From Kiritimatiellia bacterium (GTDB lineage: Bacteria; Verrucomicrobiota; Kiritimatiellia; RFP12; JBMNHG01): a stretch of 64,000 nucleotides of DNA. The translations under genes and the position numbers were made by a program. The DNA lies in NCBI GenBank assembly GCA_050950285.1, contig JBMNHG010000008.1:124001-188000 (forward strand). The letters run 5' to 3'. Below, one piece after another: positions 31,229 through 39,296 of the stretch; position 1 is the stretch's first letter, and each line of letters opens with the position of its first letter. The notes beneath the pieces are model-generated. The model ran no database searches. It saw only the letters and a program-made list of their open reading frames with translations, and was not told the origin of the DNA.

Positions 31229-31621
31229 CTACTTGTTGCCCGCTTCCCCCTCCTCCTCCGGCTTCTTCTCCTCGAGGGAGGTGATGGCGCAGGAGGCAAT
31301 CCAGCCGCGGTTGTCGATCACGGACACCGTGTTGCTACCGTACTTGCCGGGCGTGCGGGTGTAGGTCGCGGCGTCGATCGTGGTCGCCCTCGCAGGAACG
31401 CCCGAAAGCACGCCCATCGTTTCGTCGGCGACGCTCCAGACGAAGGGCGGCTCCGCGCCGAAGACGCGCAGCATGACCATCGTATCAGTTTTGGAACGAA
31501 AGACATGTGAACCCGGTTCGATGTACATGTCGCCTTCGATTCCGTCCGTCCCATTGTCGCACCCGGCAAAAGACAGGCACAGGAGGGTGGCGGCGAATAA
31601 GCCGAAGAGAATACGTTTCAT
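31229..31621 (-). CDS. Small lipoprotein, Ig-like hypothetical
   Basis: AAGGAG RBS; MKRILFGLFAATLLCLSFAGC lipobox. Confidence 0.75.
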   Translation of the reverse strand: MKRILFGLFAATLLCLSFAGCDNGTDGIEGDMYIEPGSHVFRSKTDTMVMLRVFGAEPPFVWSVADETMGVLSGVPARATTIDAATYTRTPGKYGSNTVSVIDNRGWIASCAITSLEEKKPEEEGEAGNK

Positions 31622-31741
31622 GGCAGACTCCTTGGGAAAAGGAAGACGGTTGCAAGAGGGCAACAGGGATTTTCGCACGAATCATGCCAAGATGGAAGAC
31701 CCATCCGCGAGGGGAGGGGCAACCGGGGTGGATGCGCCCCT

Positions 31742-31769
31742 CCCCTGGAGACCGCCGTCCCCGGCGGGC
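31742..31769. repeat. REP-like palindromic intergenic repeat, copy 2
   Basis: 27/28 identical to 23826-23853. Confidence 0.6.
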
Positions 31770-31862
31770 TCGTGTCGCTTGTCGCCCCCTCTTGTCTCTC
31801 GTCTCCCGTCTCTTGCCCTCCTCCTACTCCTCGAATTTTTTGCAAAGACTCGCCGAATGGAC

Positions 31863-31890
31863 TTGACGCTTCCCCGATTCCCGCTACCAT
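31863..31890 (+). promoter_or_regulatory. Possible sigma70 promoter of the beta-helix gene
   Basis: TTGACG-16 bp-TACCAT, 70 bp upstream of ATG 31960. Confidence 0.45.
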
Positions 31891-31959
31891 TGGGACACAG
31901 TCGAAGTGTTCTCTTTTCGGAACACGGATTCGGCTTCATCCCCAGCACAGGAGTCTCCC

Positions 31960-34900
31960 ATGAACCGTTCCGGTTGGAATCTTCGGGCAGCGGGTCTTCT
32001 CGCGGCGGCAGCGCTGGCCGCCTCGTTCGCCGGCGCGGACACCTGGTACATCGGAGGAGACGGCGCCTCCGACACGAATGGCGGCCAGTCCGCCGGGGAT
32101 GCCTTTGCCACCCCTGCGGCGGCCTTCGCCGCAGGCGGCAGCCACGACACCTTCCTCTTTGCGCCGGGCACGTACGCCTGCGCGATCGCGAGCGGCTACG
32201 ACCATGTCACCCTGCGCGGCCTCTCCGGGAATGCCGCGGATGTGACGCTCGACGCCGGCGGCGCCTACGCCGCGATTTCGGTCCGCGGCATGGGGACCAC
32301 GCTCGACTCCCTTACCTTCACGGGCGGAGCGACCGGCGGCGCGATCCTCTTCAGCACCGGCACCACCGGCGGCGACTGCACGACCGAGGCGTTCGTCACG
32401 AACTGCGTCTTCTCCGGAAACGCCTACGGCCTCGTCTACTCCAATTGCGTCGGCAACGCCGCTGTCGACTGCGTCTTCTCCGGCAACACCCAGGCCGGCG
32501 CGGGCTTCCTCCAGCGCTACGACGGAAACCCCGCCAGCGTGCCCGGCAACACCTGGACGGGCTGCCAGTTCCTCCGCAACACGAGAGGCGTGGCGAACTA
32601 CGACTTCTTCGCCGGGCAGGATCGCTGGGGCTTCTCGCCGAACCAGCAGTTCGTCCGCTGCGTCTTCGCCCACAATACCGACTGGGCGTCGTACATGGTG
32701 GCCGACTCCGCGGGCCGAGGCACCGTTTTCGACCACTGCACCTTCTTCAACAACATGGGCGGCGTCTACTACGGGCACTACGTGGGCGGCGTCGTCACGA
32801 ACAGCATCCTCGTCGGCACCCTTTCCTACCCGTCCTGGTGGCGCAAGGCGGGTTCCGTGAACGACGTGGTCGCGAAGACGCTCCTCCACGCGAACGGCCC
32901 GATCCGCTGGACCAACCTCGGCGGAGGCCCCGGCGATTTCGGCTCCGCCATCCTCGTCGACACCTTCGGCGGCGAGCCGTCGTTCGTCGATCCCTATGGC
33001 GACGACTTCCGCCTCTACGCCGACTCCGCCGCGCTTCTCGCCGCCAACCTCTGCGAGGACGGCACGGTCGCCGGCGCCTATCCCGATCCCGCCGCCGCCG
33101 TGGCGCTCCCCGGTGGCGCCGACTGGTATGTCGACGCCGTCATCGGCGACGATTCCGCCTCCGGCCAAAGCATCAACACGCCCTTTGCCACCCTCGGCAA
33201 GGCCATTTCGCTCGTCGGGCCCGGCGACACCGTCCACATCGCCCCGGGCGTCTACGCCGGCGCCGCCATGACGAACCTCGCCGGCGCCGCCACGAAGCCC
33301 ATCCGCCTCGTTGCCGAACCTGGCGCCAAGGTCTCCGGCGCCGCGGGCGACGGCCTCGCGCTGGGCCGCGTCTCGCATGTCTCCGTCGAAGGCCTCGAAC
33401 TCTCCGGCAACGGCGCCCACGGCGTGTCGGTGGCGGGGGGCTACGGATGGACCGTCACGAACTGCCAGGTCACCGCCAACGGCAAGACCGGCATCTTCTG
33501 CCTCAACTCGCTGGGCGGCATGATCTCCGGAAGCGTGGTCTCCACCAACGCCGATCACGGCGTGCACTGGGGCTGCTCCACGGGCAACACGCTCTATCGC
33601 TCGCAGGTCAACCGCAACGGCAACCAACATTGGCGCTACGGCGTCAACGCCGTCGGATACGGCGAGAACAACATGTCCGGGTATGCCTGCTGCAACAGCG
33701 TGGTCGAATGCTCCGTCTCCGGGAATTACTCGGTCGGCATCGCCATGCCCCGGACGCGTGACGAGGGCGGCGACGGCCGCGTCCTCGACAACCGGGTGAT
33801 GTCCTGCGCGGTGAACGGCAACGGGTACTACGGCATCGCCACCGGCATCCGCCACTACCTCTCCGTCACCAACACCATCGTCGCGAACCACGACAGCGCC
33901 GGCATCCAGGTCGAGGGCCACTGCACCGTCCTGGCCGACTACTGCGACCTCTACGGCAACGGCGCCGCCCACAACAACGCCAGTTGCGTCCTCCTTGGCG
34001 AAAACTGCCTCGCCGCCGACCCCGTGTTCGTCGATGCGTCCACGGACAACTACCACCTCTGGGAGATGTCGCCCTGCATCGACGCCGGCCTCGGCGGCGT
34101 CGACATCGGCATGTACCCCGACGGCCCGGTCGAATCCCTCGCGACGGGCAACGACTTCTTCGTGAAGCCGGACGGCGACGACACGGCGGCCGGCACGAGC
34201 TGGGCGACCGCCTTCGCGACCGTCGCCCACGCCGCGTCGGTGGCCACCTACGGCAGCACCGTGACCCTTGCCGCCGGCTCCTACACCGGAACGGTCGCCA
34301 TCGCCGCCGGGAACACCGGCATGCAGGACATGCCCGTGGTCTACCGCGCCGTCGGCGACGTCGAGATCGTCGGCGTGGACGGCAGCGCCCTCGACCTCGC
34401 CGACGCCATCTGGAACGAGTTCCACGGAATCGACTTCCGGAGCACGTCCGCATCGGGCGTCTCGCTCGTTTCCGGCGGCGACCTCCTCTTCAGCAACTGC
34501 ACCTTCAACGCCAGCGCGGGCTGCGGGCTCTACGCCGAGGGCACGCCGCGCATCACGTGCGTCGATTGCGAGGCCAAGGACAACGCCTCGCATGGCGTCT
34601 ACATCCGCCGCGCGAACGACTCCTCCTTCACCCGCTGCGCCTTCGCCGGGAACCGCGGCGCGGGCTTCCGCGCCGGCGAGGATCGCAACAACCCCTCCAC
34701 GGGCGTGAAGCTGCGCTACTGCTACGTCGCCCGCAACGGCGGGTACGGCGTCGACACCTCCGGCGACAGTTGCAAGTACTGGGAGCTCGACCATTGCACG
34801 ATCCTCGGCAACCAGGGGCGGGCCTTCGGGTACAACAATGGCGGCCACTGGTCCGACGGCACGGTGGTCTCGAACAGCCTCATCGCCTTCAACGCCAGCG

Positions 34901-36246
34901 GCAGCATCTACATGAGCTACTGCTACCAGGTCATCGGCGGCAACCTCTTCCACCTGAACGCCGACGAGCCCATCGCGGACGGCAACGGCGGGATGTATGC
35001 GGCTGGCTCCGACACGGGCGGCAACCTCCAGGCCGACCCCTCCTTCTGCAACTGGCTCCTCCGCGACGACGGCGCCCTCTACGCCGATTCGCCCGCGATT
35101 GGAACCGCGCCCGGCGGCGGGAACTATGGCGCCTACCAGGGCGCCGGCGTCGCCCTGCCCGTCGCGACCGACTACTACGTCCGTCCCGACGGCGACGACG
35201 CCAACAGCGGCCTTGCCGACACGGCGGACGGCGCCTTCGCCTCGCTTGCCGCGGCCGCCGCGGTGGCGACGAACGCGGGCGACACCGTCCACATCGCGGC
35301 CGGCGTCTACGCGGGGCCGGTGGTCGTCTCCAATGCCTACGGCGCGGCGACCGCCCCCATCCGCTACCTTGGCGAAGAGGGCGCGGTGCTCGTCGGCGGA
35401 ACGGAGAACTGGGGATCCGCCCTGAAGCTCTGGCGGGCCGTCGGCGTCGAAGTGTCGGATCTCGCGTTCACCGGATGCTCCGGCTACCAGGCGGGCGGCA
35501 TCTGGTTCGAGGACGCCCACGACTGCCTCTTCGAACGGGTTTCCTGCACCAACAACTACTTCGGCGTTACGGGCTTCACCCGCGCGATCGGCAACACGAT
35601 CCGCTCGGGCGACCTCTCGGACAACCAGAACTGCGGCCTCTACCTCGGAGCGCTCCCCTGCCTGCTGCTCGACCGGTGCACCATCGCGGGCAACGGCGTC
35701 CACGGCCTCTACTCCTCCGGCCACGGATGGAGCTCGACCAGGGGCCTCACGCTCCGCCAGTGCCTCGTGACCGGCAATGCCCATGCCGGCCTCTACGAGG
35801 GCAACTACGGATGCATCAACACGGAGAGCTGCCTGGTCGCCGGGAACGGCGGGAACGGCGTCGCCTTCGAGCACAACAGCCCCCCATGCGTGCTCCGCAA
35901 CACGATCGTCTACGGCAACGCGGACTACGGCCTGCGGATCACCGGCGGCGGAAACAACCTCTCCGTCGAGCGCTGCTGCTTCTACGGCAACGGCCAGGGC
36001 GCCACCAACCTCAACCAGGCGATTTCCTTCGACGAGGGCACCCTCTACGCCGACCCGCTCTTCACGGACTACGCAAACGGCAAGTACCGCATCACGGCGG
36101 CTTCGCCCTGCGTGGACGCGGGCACGAACCAGGCGTGGATGGCCGAGGCGACCGACTACGCCGGCCGCATCCGCATCCACGGCGCCTTCGTGGACATCGG
36201 GCCGTACGAGACCACCTCCGGCGGCACCCTCCTCCTGCTCCGGTAG
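31960..36246 (+). CDS. Secreted right-handed parallel beta-helix protein with four tandem modules (pectin-lyase-like fold)
   Basis: Signal peptide; four modules each starting (W/F/Y)(Y/F)(V/I)..G(D/A)..G...F(A)(T/S) and ending (D/E)P.F...S(P/A); many C.F..N..G coils; ends GGTLLLLR. Confidence 0.88.
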   Translation: MNRSGWNLRAAGLLAAAALAASFAGADTWYIGGDGASDTNGGQSAGDAFATPAAAFAAGGSHDTFLFAPGTYACAIASGYDHVTLRGLSGNAADVTLDAGGAYAAISVRGMGTTLDSLTFTGGATGGAILFSTGTTGGDCTTEAFVTNCVFSGNAYGLVYSNCVGNAAVDCVFSGNTQAGAGFLQRYDGNPASVPGNTWTGCQFLRNTRGVANYDFFAGQDRWGFSPNQQFVRCVFAHNTDWASYMVADSAGRGTVFDHCTFFNNMGGVYYGHYVGGVVTNSILVGTLSYPSWWRKAGSVNDVVAKTLLHANGPIRWTNLGGGPGDFGSAILVDTFGGEPSFVDPYGDDFRLYADSAALLAANLCEDGTVAGAYPDPAAAVALPGGADWYVDAVIGDDSASGQSINTPFATLGKAISLVGPGDTVHIAPGVYAGAAMTNLAGAATKPIRLVAEPGAKVSGAAGDGLALGRVSHVSVEGLELSGNGAHGVSVAGGYGWTVTNCQVTANGKTGIFCLNSLGGMISGSVVSTNADHGVHWGCSTGNTLYRSQVNRNGNQHWRYGVNAVGYGENNMSGYACCNSVVECSVSGNYSVGIAMPRTRDEGGDGRVLDNRVMSCAVNGNGYYGIATGIRHYLSVTNTIVANHDSAGIQVEGHCTVLADYCDLYGNGAAHNNASCVLLGENCLAADPVFVDASTDNYHLWEMSPCIDAGLGGVDIGMYPDGPVESLATGNDFFVKPDGDDTAAGTSWATAFATVAHAASVATYGSTVTLAAGSYTGTVAIAAGNTGMQDMPVVYRAVGDVEIVGVDGSALDLADAIWNEFHGIDFRSTSASGVSLVSGGDLLFSNCTFNASAGCGLYAEGTPRITCVDCEAKDNASHGVYIRRANDSSFTRCAFAGNRGAGFRAGEDRNNPSTGVKLRYCYVARNGGYGVDTSGDSCKYWELDHCTILGNQGRAFGYNNGGHWSDGTVVSNSLIAFNASGSIYMSYCYQVIGGNLFHLNADEPIADGNGGMYAAGSDTGGNLQADPSFCNWLLRDDGALYADSPAIGTAPGGGNYGAYQGAGVALPVATDYYVRPDGDDANSGLADTADGAFASLAAAAAVATNAGDTVHIAAGVYAGPVVVSNAYGAATAPIRYLGEEGAVLVGGTENWGSALKLWRAVGVEVSDLAFTGCSGYQAGGIWFEDAHDCLFERVSCTNNYFGVTGFTRAIGNTIRSGDLSDNQNCGLYLGALPCLLLDRCTIAGNGVHGLYSSGHGWSSTRGLTLRQCLVTGNAHAGLYEGNYGCINTESCLVAGNGGNGVAFEHNSPPCVLRNTIVYGNADYGLRITGGGNNLSVERCCFYGNGQGATNLNQAISFDEGTLYADPLFTDYANGKYRITAASPCVDAGTNQAWMAEATDYAGRIRIHGAFVDIGPYETTSGGTLLLLR

Positions 36247-36253
36247 GCGGGGC

Positions 36254-36283
36254 CTTCGTTTCGCGGCATGCCGCGAAACGAAG
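36254..36283. terminator. Perfect 30-bp palindrome just after the stop (terminator or REP-like)
   Basis: CTTCGTTTCGCGGCA/TGCCGCGAAACGAAG. Confidence 0.5.
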
Positions 36284-36377
36284 CCTTGCGGCGGAGTCCC
36301 GGATCCGGGGCTCCGCCGTTCGTGTTCCGGTTCCGATGGGACGCCGGGGCTCCCCCGCGCGGCCCTTGTGGCCGGGG

Positions 36378-36399
36378 CTAGCCGGACTTTCGCTATTCG
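36378..36399 (+). repeat. Left inverted repeat of the accessory block
   Basis: CTAGCCGGACTTTCGCTATTCG matches the reverse complement of 48172-48193 at 21/22. Confidence 0.75.
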
Positions 36400-36530
36400 C
36401 GGTCGGCAAAAACTTTTTTTTGCCGATGTGAAGGTCGTTTCTACCCCGTTTTTTTGCCGTTTTCGAGCGTTTTTGATTCAAAAACGGTCGAAAAACGTCG
36501 TTTTTCACACGCTCCGTTCTCAAAAAGTGC

Positions 36531-36559
36531 TTGACGCCTTTCCACCTCCTTCGCATCAT
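36531..36559 (+). promoter_or_regulatory. Possible promoter reading into the cassette array
   Basis: TTGACG-17 bp-CATCAT preceded by an A/T-rich tract. Confidence 0.35.
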
Positions 36560-36689
36560 GGCGGCATGGATGGGGGTCGGCTCGTCCCGCCGCCCCCGGC
36601 ATGCGGCAACGGTCTTTGCGGGAGTCTCCATGGCGGATTGTTTCCGAAAGTTGCACACGCTCCGCTCCGCGCGGCTCGCCGCGGAAAGG

Positions 36690-38123
36690 CTCCACGACCC
36701 CTTCGACGACGACCAGCGAAACGGACGCCCCCGATTCCCGCATGGCAAGCCCGTCCATCCCGACATCACGCTCCATTGGGAGGCGGGGAACCCGCTCGCC
36801 CTGCTCGGGGGAACCACGGTTTACACGGACAAAATCGAGATCGACGCCGGGGAGGTCGACTGGCCCCTGGATTACGCCGTCATCCCGCGTCATTCGGCCA
36901 TTTCCTTCAGGATATTCGCCAGGGGACAGGCTGACAACGTGACGGGCGAGAAGGCGATCGACACGATCCACGGGCGCATCGTCAACGTGGATATCGATGT
37001 GGACGCGAACCACGACGGTCAAATCAACGACACCGACGAGCCCCTGGAGGAGAACCCCGGCGGCTACGTCGGCGTCTGCACGAACAAGCTGACGCCGGTC
37101 ACGCTCAAGTTGGAGCCCGTCGGCCTGCCCGGCAAACTGACCCTCTCGGCGACGATGGGTGGGGACCGCATCCGCATCTGGAAAGACGCCGGGCGCGCGG
37201 TCGAGGTGGTATTGACCAATGGCTGCGCCCAGGTGGCGCCCGGCACGCTCTACGTCGAGGGGGTCACCAACAGCGCCGCCCTCCGCGATGTGGAGCTGCG
37301 CCTCGAATACGACGAGAACCCGCAGGGCCAGGACAACCCCCTCTTCCAGTGCGAAGACAGGGTAAGGCTGACGATCATTAAGGTGGACTTGAACGGGTTC
37401 AGCCTTTCGCCGACATGGGCAAGGGGAAATGGTTGTGCAGAAGCCCCCCATCGGTCAGCTTGCCAAGCCTCGATTCAACCAGCAGGTATTTCTACGATAA
37501 CCTACTCAATCCAAGGAGCTGCGCATGGCGCCACAATCGACGCGAGTACGGGTGTTATCACGCCGGGAGTCAATGATAGTGGAACCATCACGGTCAGGGC
37601 AGCAGTGGCCTTGCTTCCATCTTGTTTTGCTGAGTCCAATCTTCTGATACGGGCGATTCCAGTTGGGATTGCAACGACGACCATTGAAACACCCGATCTG
37701 AACTACGGTGCGATTTACACCCACACAGCAACCAGCAGCGGGGGAAGCCTAGAGAATGTTGTGATCACCGAGATCGTCACGGTGGCGCAGGATGATTTCA
37801 ACACGGGATGGGGCGGCGTTTCTGAAGGGACAATTACGGCCACCATGAATGTCGCGGGGCAGTTTTCCGACAACATCGCAACTCCATCAGCGTTCATCGA
37901 TGCAAACGATTTCCTCCCAAGTCCGCCGAAAGCCGGTCTTCCCGCAACGCTGAATACCCCTCAGATCCTTGAATGGCGCTGTCCTCTGGACAACGATTGG
38001 ATTCCGTTTGCCAATATCGCGATAACGGCGACGCTTTCGCGACAAGGCGCAAATCTCATCTTCACCACAACTGACAACGACGTCTCTTGTGTCGAACCGT
38101 ACAGCGGCTCGCCAGTTCCATGA
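36690..38123 (+). pseudogene. Cassette 1: 5'-truncated conserved stalk (36690-37373) plus unique C-terminal domain of unknown function
   Basis: Stalk nearly identical to 39311-39925 and 42911-43198; switches after CEDRVRLT to lower-GC unique sequence; frame open from 36531 but no signal peptide or convincing start. Confidence 0.75.
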
Positions 38124-38130
38124 GGAGGCT

Positions 38131-38790
38131 ATGACAATGATTGCAAGATTTGCCATGAAAACCGCAACGAGAAGCGCGATTCTTTTGACGATTGCCGCTC
38201 AAACATCTCTTTGCCAGATTACCGCGCCGAAGGAGGCACGAGTCATGAATGTGCTGCCAACCCAATCGAAATCCATCGCTGTGACAAATGCCACGGCACA
38301 TGATGTCGTAAAGAAACTGAGAAGCGAGGGCATAAGGGTTTGCTTCGAGGAGAATAGCGCCACGTCGGGGGATGTCGTCTCTTTTGTTGAGGACGAATCT
38401 TCGACGACAAACCTATTGCAGAACGTTGTCGCGAGGCTTCCTGGATACGCATGGTATAATCCGAAGGGGACTGATATTGTCGTGGTTTTCCCCAGCGAAA
38501 CATCTGCCCTCACCTGGAATGTGTCGTCTTTAGATGCCACGAATGTCTCGTTCTTGGATATCGTCGTGAAAAACGACATGTTGGGTCTCAAACAACACGA
38601 CATTATTGTATTCTACCGCGGGTTCACGCAGCCGCTTGAATTTACTGTAAATGCTCGATTTAGGAACAAGCTGATCATGGAGTGCCTGAACGATCTGATT
38701 GTCAATCGTCCAGGACTGTGTTGGACACTCGTTACAAATCCGCGTGGAAAAAAGGTTCTTGCCTTTCAATATGTGGAGGTATTCCTATGA
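38131..38790 (+). CDS. Cassette 1 partner gene A (hypothetical, candidate immunity, possibly exported)
   Basis: GAGGAGG RBS overlapping the cassette stop; signal-like N-terminus; lower GC. Confidence 0.75.
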   Translation: MTMIARFAMKTATRSAILLTIAAQTSLCQITAPKEARVMNVLPTQSKSIAVTNATAHDVVKKLRSEGIRVCFEENSATSGDVVSFVEDESSTTNLLQNVVARLPGYAWYNPKGTDIVVVFPSETSALTWNVSSLDATNVSFLDIVVKNDMLGLKQHDIIVFYRGFTQPLEFTVNARFRNKLIMECLNDLIVNRPGLCWTLVTNPRGKKVLAFQYVEVFL

Positions 38791-39296
38791 AGCGTATTGC
38801 GAGTTTGTTGATTGTCATCGGCATGGCATGCAACGCAAATGCTGCGGAGCAATTGAAGTTTGACGACCTTGTCGAAAATGTGTTCGAGAGTGTGTCCGCA
38901 GAAGGGACGAACATCGTTTTGAAGTTCAAATCAAGTGGCCGAAGGTTCAAGTATAGCATTAACGGCGCGCCGCCGCAGATCAACTCCTACGACGAAGAGT
39001 TGCGCGTTCCCATTGGATCATGTATCCGTATCGTGGACAGAGGATCAGAAATGGTGTTTTCATCGCTGCCTCCCGCCATCAAAGACATTGGCTTCTATGT
39101 GCGTGTCAAGGATAGCCACCGATCAGGAGAACAGATGCGCCGAGAGGCAGAAGGATATCTTGTCTTTTTAGAAAGATTGAAGGGAGGGGCGCCCATTCCT
39201 GGCAAAAGTACGAACCGAGGAATTGTGTTAACCGAGGCATCCGTTGATGCCGTAGCTCCCTCCACCGTGACAAACAAAGTCGGCGATGCACCATGA
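38787..39296 (+). CDS. Cassette 1 partner gene B (exported hypothetical)
   Basis: GGAGGT RBS, ATGA overlap, signal peptide MKRIASLLIVIGMACNANA. Confidence 0.75.
   Translation: MKRIASLLIVIGMACNANAAEQLKFDDLVENVFESVSAEGTNIVLKFKSSGRRFKYSINGAPPQINSYDEELRVPIGSCIRIVDRGSEMVFSSLPPAIKDIGFYVRVKDSHRSGEQMRREAEGYLVFLERLKGGAPIPGKSTNRGIVLTEASVDAVAPSTVTNKVGDAP

Noticed and set aside
7910..36246. Giant protein or beta-helix protein as the full-length parent of the cassettes
   Set aside because: Neither translation contains the stalk motifs (HPDITLHW, DANHDG, CEDRVRLT)
36531..36689. ORF-track N-terminus of cassette 1 as a real protein start
   Set aside because: The TTG is part of a -35-like box, there is no RBS or signal peptide, and stalk homology starts only at 36690
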